From an uncultured Pseudomonadota bacterium (GTDB lineage Bacteria > Pseudomonadota > Gammaproteobacteria > Methylococcales > Methylomonadaceae), in the NCBI GenBank assembly GCA_903858105.1, contig CAIOHN010000192.1, forward strand, positions 1 to 48,001: DNA of 48,001 nt. Reading direction: 5' to 3'. Shown one piece after another: positions 1 to 9,099 of this stretch (position 1 is the first letter of the stretch; the number at the start of each line of letters is the position of its first letter). The translations under genes were made by a program, and so were the position numbers. The notes beneath the pieces are model-generated. The model made no database searches. It worked only from the letters and a program-made list of their open reading frames with translations, and had not been told where the DNA came from.

Positions 1-1261
1 CTATCAAAAACAATCCGCGGAATTGACGGCCTGGCTGACATCACCGGACAAACTCGACAGAAGCCAAATCGAATTGCGCAAACAAGCTTTGCAGCAACAG
101 GCCAAAGACATTGCCGGACTAAAAGAAAAACTGGAACAACAACGCAGCACAGTCGTGGCATCCGGCAACGGCCCCAATATCGAGCTATTGGAACCCGCCG
201 TTACGGTAACCCGGGGCATACCCAGCATCCAGTTCGGCTTGGGCGAGAGCAGCAAACGCATTGTCGGCAAAATTGACGCCTCTACCGGCCTGAGCCGCCT
301 GCTGTTAAACGACAAAACCATAAAAGTCGATGCCAACGGCCGCTTTGAATCCGATGTTAGCCTACAAGGAACAGAATCCATCGTGCGCATCGTCGCCACG
401 GACAAGCGCAATCAAAGCAGCGATTTGAGCCTGCGCCTAGTGGCATCTGGCGGCGAATCGGCAGCGGAAGTGTTTCCAGCTTCGGCTGGCAGTGAGTTAA
501 AACGCTCCGGCGATATACAGTTCGGCAAGTTTTATGCGCTAATTATCGGCAACAACGAATATGGTGCTTATCCAGCCTTAAAAACCCCGATTGCCGACGC
601 CAAAAGCCTGGAACTACTGCTGCGCGAACGCTACGGCTTTAAAACCAAATTACTGGTAAATGCCAATCGCCACAACATTATGTCGGCGCTTAACGAACTT
701 AAGCAAAAGCTAGGCGATCAGGACAATTTACTGGTGTATTACGCCGGTCATGGCGAGATCGATAAAAAAAGCCAGACCGCGTATTGGTTGCCGGTCGATT
801 CCGAAACCGGCAATAGCGCCAACTGGATCTCCAGCCAGAGCATCACCGAGTTTTTAAGCATTATGCCGGCCAGACACATCATGGTGGTGGCTGATTCTTG
901 TTACTCAGGCGCCTTGACCGGCTCGGCCGTGGCAAAATTGCCGGACGGCATGGACGACGCGAAACGCGAACGCTGGCTGAAAGCCATGAATAGCCGCAAA
1001 GCCCGTACCGTGATGACCTCCGGCGGCGTCAAACCTGTTATGGATCAAGGCGGCGGCGATCATTCGGTATTTGCCAATGCGTTTTTGAAAGTGTTGCGTA
1101 GCAATAAGCGGATTATCGAAGATTACGATATTTTTCGGGATGTCTCGAATCAAGTGCGCGCATCTGCGTCACGCGGCGGCTTCGAGCAATCTCCGCAATA
1201 CGCACCGCTGCAACACGCCGGCCATGAAGGCAGCCCGTTCTTTTTCGTACCGGAAGTTTAA
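1..1261 (+). CDS. Caspase-family (peptidase C14, metacaspase-like) protein, 5'-truncated by the window edge
   Basis: The frame is open from base 2. A coiled-coil and an Ig-like region precede the caspase domain, which has FYALIIGNNEY, catalytic His in YYAGHG and catalytic Cys in VADSCYSG. Confidence 0.88.
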   Translation, partial: YQKQSAELTAWLTSPDKLDRSQIELRKQALQQQAKDIAGLKEKLEQQRSTVVASGNGPNIELLEPAVTVTRGIPSIQFGLGESSKRIVGKIDASTGLSRLLLNDKTIKVDANGRFESDVSLQGTESIVRIVATDKRNQSSDLSLRLVASGGESAAEVFPASAGSELKRSGDIQFGKFYALIIGNNEYGAYPALKTPIADAKSLELLLRERYGFKTKLLVNANRHNIMSALNELKQKLGDQDNLLVYYAGHGEIDKKSQTAYWLPVDSETGNSANWISSQSITEFLSIMPARHIMVVADSCYSGALTGSAVAKLPDGMDDAKRERWLKAMNSRKARTVMTSGGVKPVMDQGGGDHSVFANAFLKVLRSNKRIIEDYDIFRDVSNQVRASASRGGFEQSPQYAPLQHAGHEGSPFFFVPEV

Positions 1262-1271
1262 ACAAATGCTG

Positions 1272-1308
1272 CTGACGGGCAAGCCTGGGCTTACCCGTCA
1301 GAGTTTTT
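1272..1308 (+). terminator. Rho-independent terminator between convergent genes
   Basis: Hairpin CTGACGGGCAAGCC-TG-GGCTTACCCGTCAG followed by AGTTTTT. Confidence 0.7.
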
Positions 1309-1317
1309 AGCGCAGAA

Positions 1318-2661
1318 CTATTTCCATTTTTTCAGCAAACCTTTTAGCCCGGCTTTAGCGACTGCCGACTCTGCCGCAGCGGCTTCAACAACAGGCTCAG
1401 GCTCTGCAACGGCAACCGCCGCTATTACAGCCTCGGCTGGTTTACTTTTACCGAACAGACTTTTCAGCTTACTGCCTGCACCCGCCGTGGTCTCCTTAAC
1501 CGTCTCGACAGCGGCTTGCTCTAACGCTACGGCGCTGGCCTGAATCTCGGCGACCGCTTGTGTAACCGGCTCGACGATTTGCTCGATTTGCTCGGCAATG
1601 GGCTGCTCAGCCACCGTACCCAACTTCTGGTCAAACTTGGCAACCTGCTGCATGGTGTTGTTCAACATCTGCTTAAATTTGCCAAAACCGCCGTTTTTCT
1701 GAGCCAGTTTATCAACCGATGACTGTTTAGCACTTGCTTGTACTGGTGCCGCCGCCACCGGCTTTTCTACTATCGGCGCAGGTTCTGCCGTAACCACTTT
1801 TGGCGGCTCAATCGGCGCAGGTGCAGGCGCTTGTACGATAACCGGCTCAACAATCTCAACCGGACGCGGCTGAATAAGCGGTGCTTCAGCTACACTGATT
1901 TTAGGTGCGGGTTGAACAACGGACTGCGCGACTGCAGACGCTGAGCGCGCCGCTTCGGCTTGATGTTTTTGCAAGGTCTCGGCCAACAGTTTTTCGGCAT
2001 TGACTTGCTCGCGTTCGCGCAGGATTTTTTGCTCTTCCACCGCCAGTTCCAGTTTGGCCAGTTGTTCGGTTTGCGACTCCAGCCGCAACTGTAATGGCCC
2101 TAACAAGGCATCTTTTTCAGCCAATTTTGAGGTTTCCGCCCAAAGCGATAATTGCAACTCGGTTTTAGCCTGTTGCTCGGCCTTAAAGCGGTCGGCTATT
2201 TGCGCGGCAATCGCGGCGTAACTTTGCCATAACGGAGTCGAATCCAGATTGCTGGCGGCTGGCAATGTCGGTTCACTCAATTCAAAATTGCTGGCCAGAT
2301 TTTTGATGCTGTCGATCAATTGCCGATTGCCCTGCTCGATTTTCTGCTCTGCCTGTGCGGCCCGTTGCAACTCGCTAACCACAGTGGCTTGCGCCGCTTC
2401 CAATTCCTGAGTATTCGCCGCCAATTGCTCCTGCAAGCCTTGTAGCTGCTGCTGAGCGCTATCCAAACCGGCTTTTAGCTCCATGCGGGCTTTTAAATTA
2501 ATCGCATTGGTTCTTTTTAAAAAAGAAATCCTGATGCTGTAAAAAACCGCTGTCACCAACCACACTGCAATCGCTAAACATCCGGCATATTCTTTATTTT
2601 CAAGGGTCAGGCGATACCAATCCAAGAGGATGGTTTGAATCATGGGCAAATACACTTCCAT
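1318..2661 (-). CDS. Hypothetical membrane-anchored coiled-coil protein with Pro/Ala/Val-rich C-terminal region
   Basis: 447 aa ORF with one N-terminal hydrophobic helix, Q/E/L/A-rich heptads and a low-complexity tail. An AGGA RBS-like sequence lies upstream. Confidence 0.75.
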   Translation of the reverse strand: MEVYLPMIQTILLDWYRLTLENKEYAGCLAIAVWLVTAVFYSIRISFLKRTNAINLKARMELKAGLDSAQQQLQGLQEQLAANTQELEAAQATVVSELQRAAQAEQKIEQGNRQLIDSIKNLASNFELSEPTLPAASNLDSTPLWQSYAAIAAQIADRFKAEQQAKTELQLSLWAETSKLAEKDALLGPLQLRLESQTEQLAKLELAVEEQKILREREQVNAEKLLAETLQKHQAEAARSASAVAQSVVQPAPKISVAEAPLIQPRPVEIVEPVIVQAPAPAPIEPPKVVTAEPAPIVEKPVAAAPVQASAKQSSVDKLAQKNGGFGKFKQMLNNTMQQVAKFDQKLGTVAEQPIAEQIEQIVEPVTQAVAEIQASAVALEQAAVETVKETTAGAGSKLKSLFGKSKPAEAVIAAVAVAEPEPVVEAAAAESAVAKAGLKGLLKKWK

Positions 2662-2982
2662 AAAATAATCCTGGCTAAATATAGTTTTTATAATAATGAC
2701 CTAAGCACAGTTGATTGCAGGCATGGGCCACAGCGCATGCCAGTATATCAGCTTGAATAGTTAAACTTACCGCAAGAGGATGGAATGTGGCAGAAAATTG
2801 CCAATGCATTGTTTAGAAGAAGCTTCTGTGGTCTTGCCAAATGCAGACTAGTCAGAACTGAGCCGACTGTTTTTTACGAAGGGAATAACTAAACGAATTG
2901 TCTTTGCCGACAAGCCTTGCAGAAAGGCTAGCTTTATAACGTGTTACTCAAAACGAACGAATTCGTCCGGGTAGTTAGTGTA

Positions 2983-3020
2983 ATTTGCCGAATACGCTTA
3001 TCACTGTGTATTCGGCAAAT
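2983..3020 (-). terminator. Stem-loop downstream of the acyltransferase gene (probable terminator)
   Basis: 13-bp perfect inverted repeat ATTTGCCGAATAC...GTATTCGGCAAAT. Confidence 0.55.
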
Positions 3021-3059
3021 CGCAATCTTAAAGCAGAAATCAACAATCGCTAACAGTGA

Positions 3060-3803
3060 TCAAGCCCGTTGCCGCTTGTCAACATTCGACTCATCCATCT
3101 CTGAATAGCGACGATATTCAAATCTATAATCAGTTTCCCACAGGGAGTTAGCCAGCACATCTGCGACATCCAGTGAGTAAGGAATCCGCTGTCCTCTGTG
3201 ATCGCAAGCCTCAGCGACCTGCCGCATGGCAAATCCTTCTTTTTTTACCGCCAAAGCCAAGGCAGGCGCTACCAAAAAGTACATTTGCGTAATGTCATTT
3301 TGCGATGAATACACCACAGCAGCGCGGATCAAGCCCCACATGATGCTTCTGTTCTGATTTCTCAGCGTACTCAAATACCGGATATTGCTGGTTTCGTCGC
3401 TTGCTTGCTCGGCAAAACTTCTGGGGGCAAAGCGCCTGGCCTCTCGCAATACGCACAGCCTGGATAATTCCATTGAGTGTTGGTATTGATCGGGTGTGAT
3501 AGGAGTTGTTGGAACGCATTTGGTTTCAAAAGGAAAAGCAGAGCTAACTTGCGAAACCAGTCTTAGTGCGCCCAGCCATTGTCCAGTGTGCGTATGCCTG
3601 ACCATAAAATGCGCTGATTGACTATCCCAATCGTCAATTTCCATTTGATCCGGAAACTTGTCTTTATCCTCAAAACCCATTTCATCACAATATACTTGGT
3701 ATCTGAGGTTGTAGTGAATCAGCTTGCTTTCAGGCGTATCAGCTAAAAAAACCTCAAAACAACTATCAAAGGAATGCTTTTCAGAAATCAAGTGAAACTC
3801 CAT
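3060..3803 (-). CDS. PEP-CTERM/exosortase system-associated acyltransferase (LuxI-like GNAT fold)
   Basis: Motifs FEVFLADT, LRYQVYCDEMGFE, EIDDWD, GALRLV, ELSRLCV and DHRGQRIPY. Start is ATG 3803, or TTG 3791 with a GGAG RBS. Confidence 0.8.
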   Translation of the reverse strand: MEFHLISEKHSFDSCFEVFLADTPESKLIHYNLRYQVYCDEMGFEDKDKFPDQMEIDDWDSQSAHFMVRHTHTGQWLGALRLVSQVSSAFPFETKCVPTTPITPDQYQHSMELSRLCVLREARRFAPRSFAEQASDETSNIRYLSTLRNQNRSIMWGLIRAAVVYSSQNDITQMYFLVAPALALAVKKEGFAMRQVAEACDHRGQRIPYSLDVADVLANSLWETDYRFEYRRYSEMDESNVDKRQRA

Positions 3804-4042
3804 AACATAATTATTCGATGTCCCTAAAAACCAGGAACCAATCTGCAATCACATAAAAACCAAGCAATCAATAGATTGCCACTGGCCTTCAGCGCTAAAT
3901 GGCTAGATATTATCCAGATCAATTAGGTCGGCTACAACCAACCATTCTCTTAGAATATCTATTCCACTAATTGAATTGGAAGCCCGACGACTAACGCAAG
4001 CAAAACCGGACTAGCCCGGTAAAACACAAAGCTGACTTGAAT

Positions 4043-4106
4043 TTACAGAAGCCAGATTAAAGAAAACCTGCAATTTTGATTAAGATCAGATGAAGATTGG
4101 ATTAAC
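4043..4106 (-). promoter_or_regulatory. Putative promoter with 11-bp-periodic direct repeats upstream of the acyltransferase (copy A)
   Basis: Minus strand reads GTTAATC-caat-CTTCATC-tgat-CTTAATC. The region is similar to 16697-16770. Confidence 0.55.
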
Positions 4107-4133
4107 GCGTTTATTTCTTCTGCCGCCAAAGGC

Positions 4134-5069
4134 TTAATTTTCGGGCATTGCCCGCAACCAATAGGCCTTGTGCAAACTTAGAAATCGATTAAAACGCGAT
4201 GGCATTTTTCGATGCAAAGCGCCGCCCATCTTAAATCCCAGCCATTTCAGACCCGTTCTTAACAGCGCAGAAGGGATTAGCCAAGGCGCATTTTTGCGCA
4301 AATATCGCAGTTCGGAGATGACAAAACGCAAACCTTCGCCCGCTGCACCGCCAAAAGTCTGCTGTAACCAAGGCGTATGGGTGTGAAACACCCCAATATC
4401 GAAATAGCGCCTGAATTCATCCGCAAAGCCGTAATCATGCGAATGAAATACCGCCGCATCACCGCTATAGGCAAGTTTCCAGCCATTAATCAGTAACTTA
4501 CCAGCGACAAAAGTGTCTTCATTCATGATGGTGTTAAGCGGAAAACCGCCAACACTCATCAAGGCACTACGCCGGTACGCGGCAAAGGAATTGGAAATAA
4601 ACACGGTTTTAATGCCAAATCGGGCACTATCTGCCAAACCGCGCAGCTGACTTTGAGCTGGGTAATTGAACAAGCGCGCATGTGCGCCAATCGGCCCGGC
4701 ATTGCGATGCGGTAATTGGCGGCCATAGGCAGCGCCGACGCTGTCATCGGCAAATGTCGCCAATAACTTTTCGATGGCATCAGGATTGGCCAACAAGGCA
4801 TCTTGCGTCAAAAACAGTACAATATCGGCTTCTGGCAGGCCATTTACGCCGGATTGCCGCGTACCGCCGTGATTGAATTCTGACTTGGAGATTATTTGCA
4901 CCTCAAAACCTGCCGCCCTCGCCTGCGCTGCGGTATCGTCGCTGGATGAGGAATCTATCAATAACAGAAAATCCGGCTTCACGGTTTGCGCGGCAAAGGC
5001 CTGCAGCCAGGATGACCAGAGTTGGCCCGCGTTAAGCGTGGGTACGATCAAGCCAACTTTACTATTCAT
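4134..5069 (-). CDS. Glycosyltransferase family 2 (rhamnosyltransferase-like)
   Basis: IVPTLNA, IDSSSSDDT, FNHGGTR, FLTQDA, SNSFAAYRR, NED and VFHSHDY motifs. ATG 5069 overlaps the upstream stop. Confidence 0.88.
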   Translation of the reverse strand: MNSKVGLIVPTLNAGQLWSSWLQAFAAQTVKPDFLLLIDSSSSDDTAAQARAAGFEVQIISKSEFNHGGTRQSGVNGLPEADIVLFLTQDALLANPDAIEKLLATFADDSVGAAYGRQLPHRNAGPIGAHARLFNYPAQSQLRGLADSARFGIKTVFISNSFAAYRRSALMSVGGFPLNTIMNEDTFVAGKLLINGWKLAYSGDAAVFHSHDYGFADEFRRYFDIGVFHTHTPWLQQTFGGAAGEGLRFVISELRYLRKNAPWLIPSALLRTGLKWLGFKMGGALHRKMPSRFNRFLSLHKAYWLRAMPEN

Positions 5070-6264
5070 ACCGAGGGCCTTTAAGTACTGCATCCGACAA
5101 TTCGGCTTTACCAGTCGCAGTCAAGACCTGCCAGACTTTATCGCCCAATTTGACAGGATCAAGTTGTTGTTCGACATATTGACGACATTTCATCGACATA
5201 TTTTGCCAAGACATCGCGTTCAGCACATGAGTTTGGCGTAATACCGCACAAACAGATGCTTCAGTTCGCTCGAACACAAAACCAGCGCCGTGCGCTTGCA
5301 AATGATTCCAGGCCAAACCTTTGGCAACCAATACCGGTCGCCCTGCGGCCATCGCCTCGGCGACAACATTGCCAAAGTTTTCGCGCATACCGCCAGCCTG
5401 TTCCAACCCGGAAGGCAGCACCAGAAAATGGCTGGCTGCCAATAATTCCCTGACTTCATCAATCGGCAGATAGCCTTTGTAACTGATAGCACCTTGCGCC
5501 TGAGCGACTAATTCCTGAAATTCATCAAAATAGGCACCATCGACGCTACGTCCGGCGACGACCAAACGATCTGCCGGGCGACGAGTTTTCAACCAGGCGC
5601 GGATAAAGGCATTAATGCCTTTTTCTTGTTGAACATGGCCGAGGAAACACAGTTGTTGACCCTCTGCCGTCGGATAGTCGGCGACTTGATAATCCCGGCT
5701 ATCGATGCCATTAGGCACCAATAACACGCTGGCCGTATCACCCAGCACATCTCTCACGCCTTCCACCTCTGTATCGCTAGTGCAATGCACGGCGATGGCA
5801 CGGCGCAAAGTCGGAAAAGTCAGCCATTTATAAAATAGCCACTTGACTGGCTTGCGCTCGCGAATTAACTGCACATGTTCCGGCATCAAGCCGCCGTGAG
5901 CCGCCACCATATAAGGTCGCCGCAGCACCACGCAAAATAAGGCCGCCAAGGTAGATGGCCAAGTGGCAATCCCGTGTATGTAAACCAGCGGTGCTTCCCG
6001 ACACAGCTTAAATAATTTGGGAATAGCGCCTAAACCAAAACCCCAACGCCTGAATCCGTAACAGTGATATAACCTGACATCCACACCTTCGCCAACCTGC
6101 ACATCCTCGGCGCGCAAGCGACCGGTTATCGATTCATCGGCGGCTACCAGTGCCAACTTGTGACCGCGTTCAGCCCAGGCTTTGGTCAATACACCACAGG
6201 TGACGGACACACCGCCGTAGCCTTTGGCTGGTGGCACATGTGTCGTGACAATACCTACATCCAC
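5062..6264 (-). CDS. Glycosyltransferase family 4 (GT-B)
   Basis: GYGGV, VPNGID, EKG and ENFGNVVAEAMAAGRPV (EX7E) motifs. Confidence 0.9.
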   Translation of the reverse strand: MDVGIVTTHVPPAKGYGGVSVTCGVLTKAWAERGHKLALVAADESITGRLRAEDVQVGEGVDVRLYHCYGFRRWGFGLGAIPKLFKLCREAPLVYIHGIATWPSTLAALFCVVLRRPYMVAAHGGLMPEHVQLIRERKPVKWLFYKWLTFPTLRRAIAVHCTSDTEVEGVRDVLGDTASVLLVPNGIDSRDYQVADYPTAEGQQLCFLGHVQQEKGINAFIRAWLKTRRPADRLVVAGRSVDGAYFDEFQELVAQAQGAISYKGYLPIDEVRELLAASHFLVLPSGLEQAGGMRENFGNVVAEAMAAGRPVLVAKGLAWNHLQAHGAGFVFERTEASVCAVLRQTHVLNAMSWQNMSMKCRQYVEQQLDPVKLGDKVWQVLTATGKAELSDAVLKGPRYE

Positions 6265-6282
6265 TGCATTTCTCCGATCATC

Positions 6283-7137
6283 TTATTTTCCATACACTAA
6301 AAACCCGCGCCAAATTCCGACCAGGTTATAAAACGAATACGCCAGTTTTTTTCGATTACATAACAGCATCGCCCAGGTCATCTTCAAGGCCGGGGCGACA
6401 AACATCTTGCGCACGATGTAATACAAAATAAAGGCGTCATGTTGATTGGCAAATTTGCGCATATACGCGCCAATGCCGGTCGAATACATCAGCATCCGCG
6501 CCGTGCCCAGTTTGTAATGATCTTTATCCGCGTGATAAATCTTGATCGACGGCGTATAAAAAGCGCGGCCACCGGCCCGCAACAAACGATACAACATCTC
6601 AAAGCCTTCGCCGCCGGCATATTTGGAACCGATGCCAAAGTCATGATCCAGATGAAACTGCGCCCTATCAATACGCTGCAGGTCAAAAAACTGGGTAAAT
6701 TCCACGCCCATCATCTTAAACCGGGTGAAATAACCGGCTTTGTGACTATTAACGCCAATGCTGAAGCGGGTCGATGAAAAATCGTAAGATCCGGCCACCA
6801 GAATGGCTATTTGTTCTTGCCGGGCAAACTCGGCTACCACTTTTTCCAGCACGTCGCTGGCATAGGCGCAATCGTCATCGGGAAACGCCAGGATGCGACC
6901 TTGCGCCAGCGCGATGCCGTAATCCCTGGCCCGGGCGTTGCCGGTAAAGTCGACTTTAATGTGCTTAATGTCCAGCACCGGCTTAAACGATTCCAATATC
7001 GAATCGATCAAACCATCTTTATTTTGATCAATCACGATCAGTTCAAAATCCTTGTAGGTCTGAAACAGCAAGGACTTTAAAAAATCCAGTAACTCGCAAT
7101 CCCGGCCCAAAGTAGCTAACACCAGTGACACTTTCAT
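6283..7137 (-). CDS. Glycosyltransferase family 2
   Basis: KVSLVLATLGR, ELIVIDQN, ARDYG and FPDDD (DxD) motifs. Confidence 0.88.
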   Translation of the reverse strand: MKVSLVLATLGRDCELLDFLKSLLFQTYKDFELIVIDQNKDGLIDSILESFKPVLDIKHIKVDFTGNARARDYGIALAQGRILAFPDDDCAYASDVLEKVVAEFARQEQIAILVAGSYDFSSTRFSIGVNSHKAGYFTRFKMMGVEFTQFFDLQRIDRAQFHLDHDFGIGSKYAGGEGFEMLYRLLRAGGRAFYTPSIKIYHADKDHYKLGTARMLMYSTGIGAYMRKFANQHDAFILYYIVRKMFVAPALKMTWAMLLCNRKKLAYSFYNLVGIWRGFLVYGK

Positions 7138-7139
7138 CG

Positions 7140-7925
7140 TTATCCTTTGGCCCAATGCGCCGATTTTGCCTGTAGATAAATCGTGGCTTCGTACCAGCTA
7201 AACATCAGCGCAAACTCCAAACCGGCCGCGCCATCCAAAAACCCGCCTCTAAATAAGTAGTGGTAACAAAACCGCGCCAGTATGCGCAGCCAGGAGCGGC
7301 CCAGCATCACACTCAAGCGACCGCGAGTGGTCATCACCGCACCGGTGGTTGGCTGTAATTGCACTTCCTGCGCGGCCTTGCCGACATGCTTGTGCATCCA
7401 GGCGATGATTTCGCCGTGATAAAAATAATGCGCGTAAGGAATATCCGTATTAGCAAGCCGACAGGTATTCAGCACCGCCTCGCCATGCCCGGTGTGGTTA
7501 CGCACAAAACTGACGTTCTCGCGCCGCACCAGTCGCGGGTGATAAATCGGATAGCCGGGGGCATGCTTTAAACGCTTGCCGCGCAGATATAAAATAGACG
7601 GCACCATCAGCACATCAAACTCGGCATTGCCAGACCAATCGCTTTGAAAGCGGTCATAAAATGCCTGCGGATAGATTTCGTCGGCATCGACGAACAAAAT
7701 CCAGGGTGTATCGATAGCGCACTGCCGTATCGCAAAATTGCGTTGCTCGGCAAAGCCCGGCCAGGGATTACTATAAATCGCGCAGCCTTTAGTTTTGGCT
7801 ATGTCCAGCGTTTTATCGCTACTGCCGGAGTCAACGATAACCACTGGATATTGATTAGGAATCGCAGCCAGACAACGCGGTAAATTATCTGCCTCGTTAT
7901 GAGTCAGGATGACGACGGTCAACAT
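7140..7925 (-). CDS. Glycosyltransferase family 2 (beta-1,4-glucosyltransferase-like)
   Basis: VVILTHNEA, VDSGSSDKT, WPGFAEQRNFA, FVDADE and GGFLDG motifs. Confidence 0.9.
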   Translation of the reverse strand: MLTVVILTHNEADNLPRCLAAIPNQYPVVIVDSGSSDKTLDIAKTKGCAIYSNPWPGFAEQRNFAIRQCAIDTPWILFVDADEIYPQAFYDRFQSDWSGNAEFDVLMVPSILYLRGKRLKHAPGYPIYHPRLVRRENVSFVRNHTGHGEAVLNTCRLANTDIPYAHYFYHGEIIAWMHKHVGKAAQEVQLQPTTGAVMTTRGRLSVMLGRSWLRILARFCYHYLFRGGFLDGAAGLEFALMFSWYEATIYLQAKSAHWAKG

Positions 7926-7928
7926 GCC

Positions 7929-8882
7929 TTATATCTTCTCCGCGTAGACAGTAATGTAAATACCCAGACCCAATACATTCATCAAACCGGTAAACGGCAG
8001 TTGCGCCAAGCCTACCGCAGCATCGATAACGGCGGCCAGGCTACCTTTTAATCCCAAGCGTCTGGATACGGCATTGGTCGGTACCCGACTGATTTGCTCG
8101 GTTTTCAACACCCGCAAGCCGTTGCGCTCCAGCAAACTGACTAAACCTTGCTTGGTAAAATAATTGACGTGTTCCGGCACCCACAAACAGGCGTTGTCTC
8201 TGGTGCCCAATAGCTTGACCAAAAACGATGCGTAATTAGGCACCGCACAGGCCAACAGACCGCCGCTTTCCAATAAGCCGACCACTTTGGCGACTGCCAC
8301 ATCCGGTTCCAGCAAATGCTCCAGCACTTGCGACATCACCACCACGCCAAATTTCTGCTCAGACTGATAGTCTTCAAACATGATAGGCAACGGTTCGTCG
8401 CCGTTCAGATCCTTGAACACCTGGTTTTCATATTCGCCGGGATTGATACTCACCGTGCGATAGCCCAAGCGTCTCAGACCTCGGGTATAAAAACCAAACC
8501 CGGAGCCAATATCCAGGGCGCGGTAATTGCCGGATTTGTTCAACTCATCGGCTTGCTGCGCCATGCGCTGCGCATCTACCGTGCAATTGGGAAATTCAAC
8601 TTCACGCACCAGCACTTCATCCAGGCTGATGGCCTGCGTCAAAGCCTGCCCGGAATATTGATAAATGCTCTTTAGCCATTGCCGATGCGGTGGTTGATTC
8701 AAAAACCCGGTACCACAAGACTTGCAACGGTAAATATGAAAAACTTTGGCCGTAGAGCCTTCGGTGTATTGATAATCTTTCTGCCGCCAAAAATCGATTT
8801 TATCCGCGCCGCAAGCCACGCAGTTATAAATAACATCGCCGTAAGTTTGTGTTGTTGTCATTACATATGCCATCGTCGTCAC
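7929..8882 (-). CDS. Class I SAM-dependent methyltransferase with N-terminal CxxC...CxxC
   Basis: LDIGSGFG, QVLEHL, AVPN and PEHVNYF motifs. The start codon is uncertain (8860-8882). Confidence 0.85.
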   Translation of the reverse strand: MTTMAYVMTTTQTYGDVIYNCVACGADKIDFWRQKDYQYTEGSTAKVFHIYRCKSCGTGFLNQPPHRQWLKSIYQYSGQALTQAISLDEVLVREVEFPNCTVDAQRMAQQADELNKSGNYRALDIGSGFGFYTRGLRRLGYRTVSINPGEYENQVFKDLNGDEPLPIMFEDYQSEQKFGVVVMSQVLEHLLEPDVAVAKVVGLLESGGLLACAVPNYASFLVKLLGTRDNACLWVPEHVNYFTKQGLVSLLERNGLRVLKTEQISRVPTNAVSRRLGLKGSLAAVIDAAVGLAQLPFTGLMNVLGLGIYITVYAEKI

Positions 8883-9007
8883 CGTTATTTATCCCCCTAA
8901 CCCACTCCCAGATGAAGAGGGGATTTTTAGAGGTTTCTCTAAATCCAAAAACCGCCGTGTTTTAAAAAGTCGGCGTTAAATCCATTGCCATTGTTAAACC
9001 AATGCCT

Positions 9008-9099
9008 TTAAGTTAAGTCCCCTCTCGCAATTGCTCCTGCATTACTCGACTACCCTGCATCCTTGCAGGCATCCAGTCGGAAAGGGGACTTAAGTTAAG
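9008..9099. repeat. Composite palindromic (REP/MITE-like) element with internal GGA-loop hairpins
   Basis: Outer inverted repeat TTAAGTCCCCTCTC / GAAAGGGGACTTAA. Direct repeat TTAAGTTAAG at 9008-9017 and 9090-9099. Two inner hairpins. Confidence 0.55.

Noticed and set aside
2662-2982. Possible sRNA in the long spacer between the coiled-coil gene and the acyltransferase
   Set aside because: I could see no convincing structure or repeat apart from the terminator-like hairpin at 2983-3020.
3060-3803. LuxI acyl-homoserine-lactone synthase (quorum sensing)
   Set aside because: The fold is related, but the motifs and EPS/CTERM context fit the exosortase-associated acyltransferase family better, and no luxR is adjacent.
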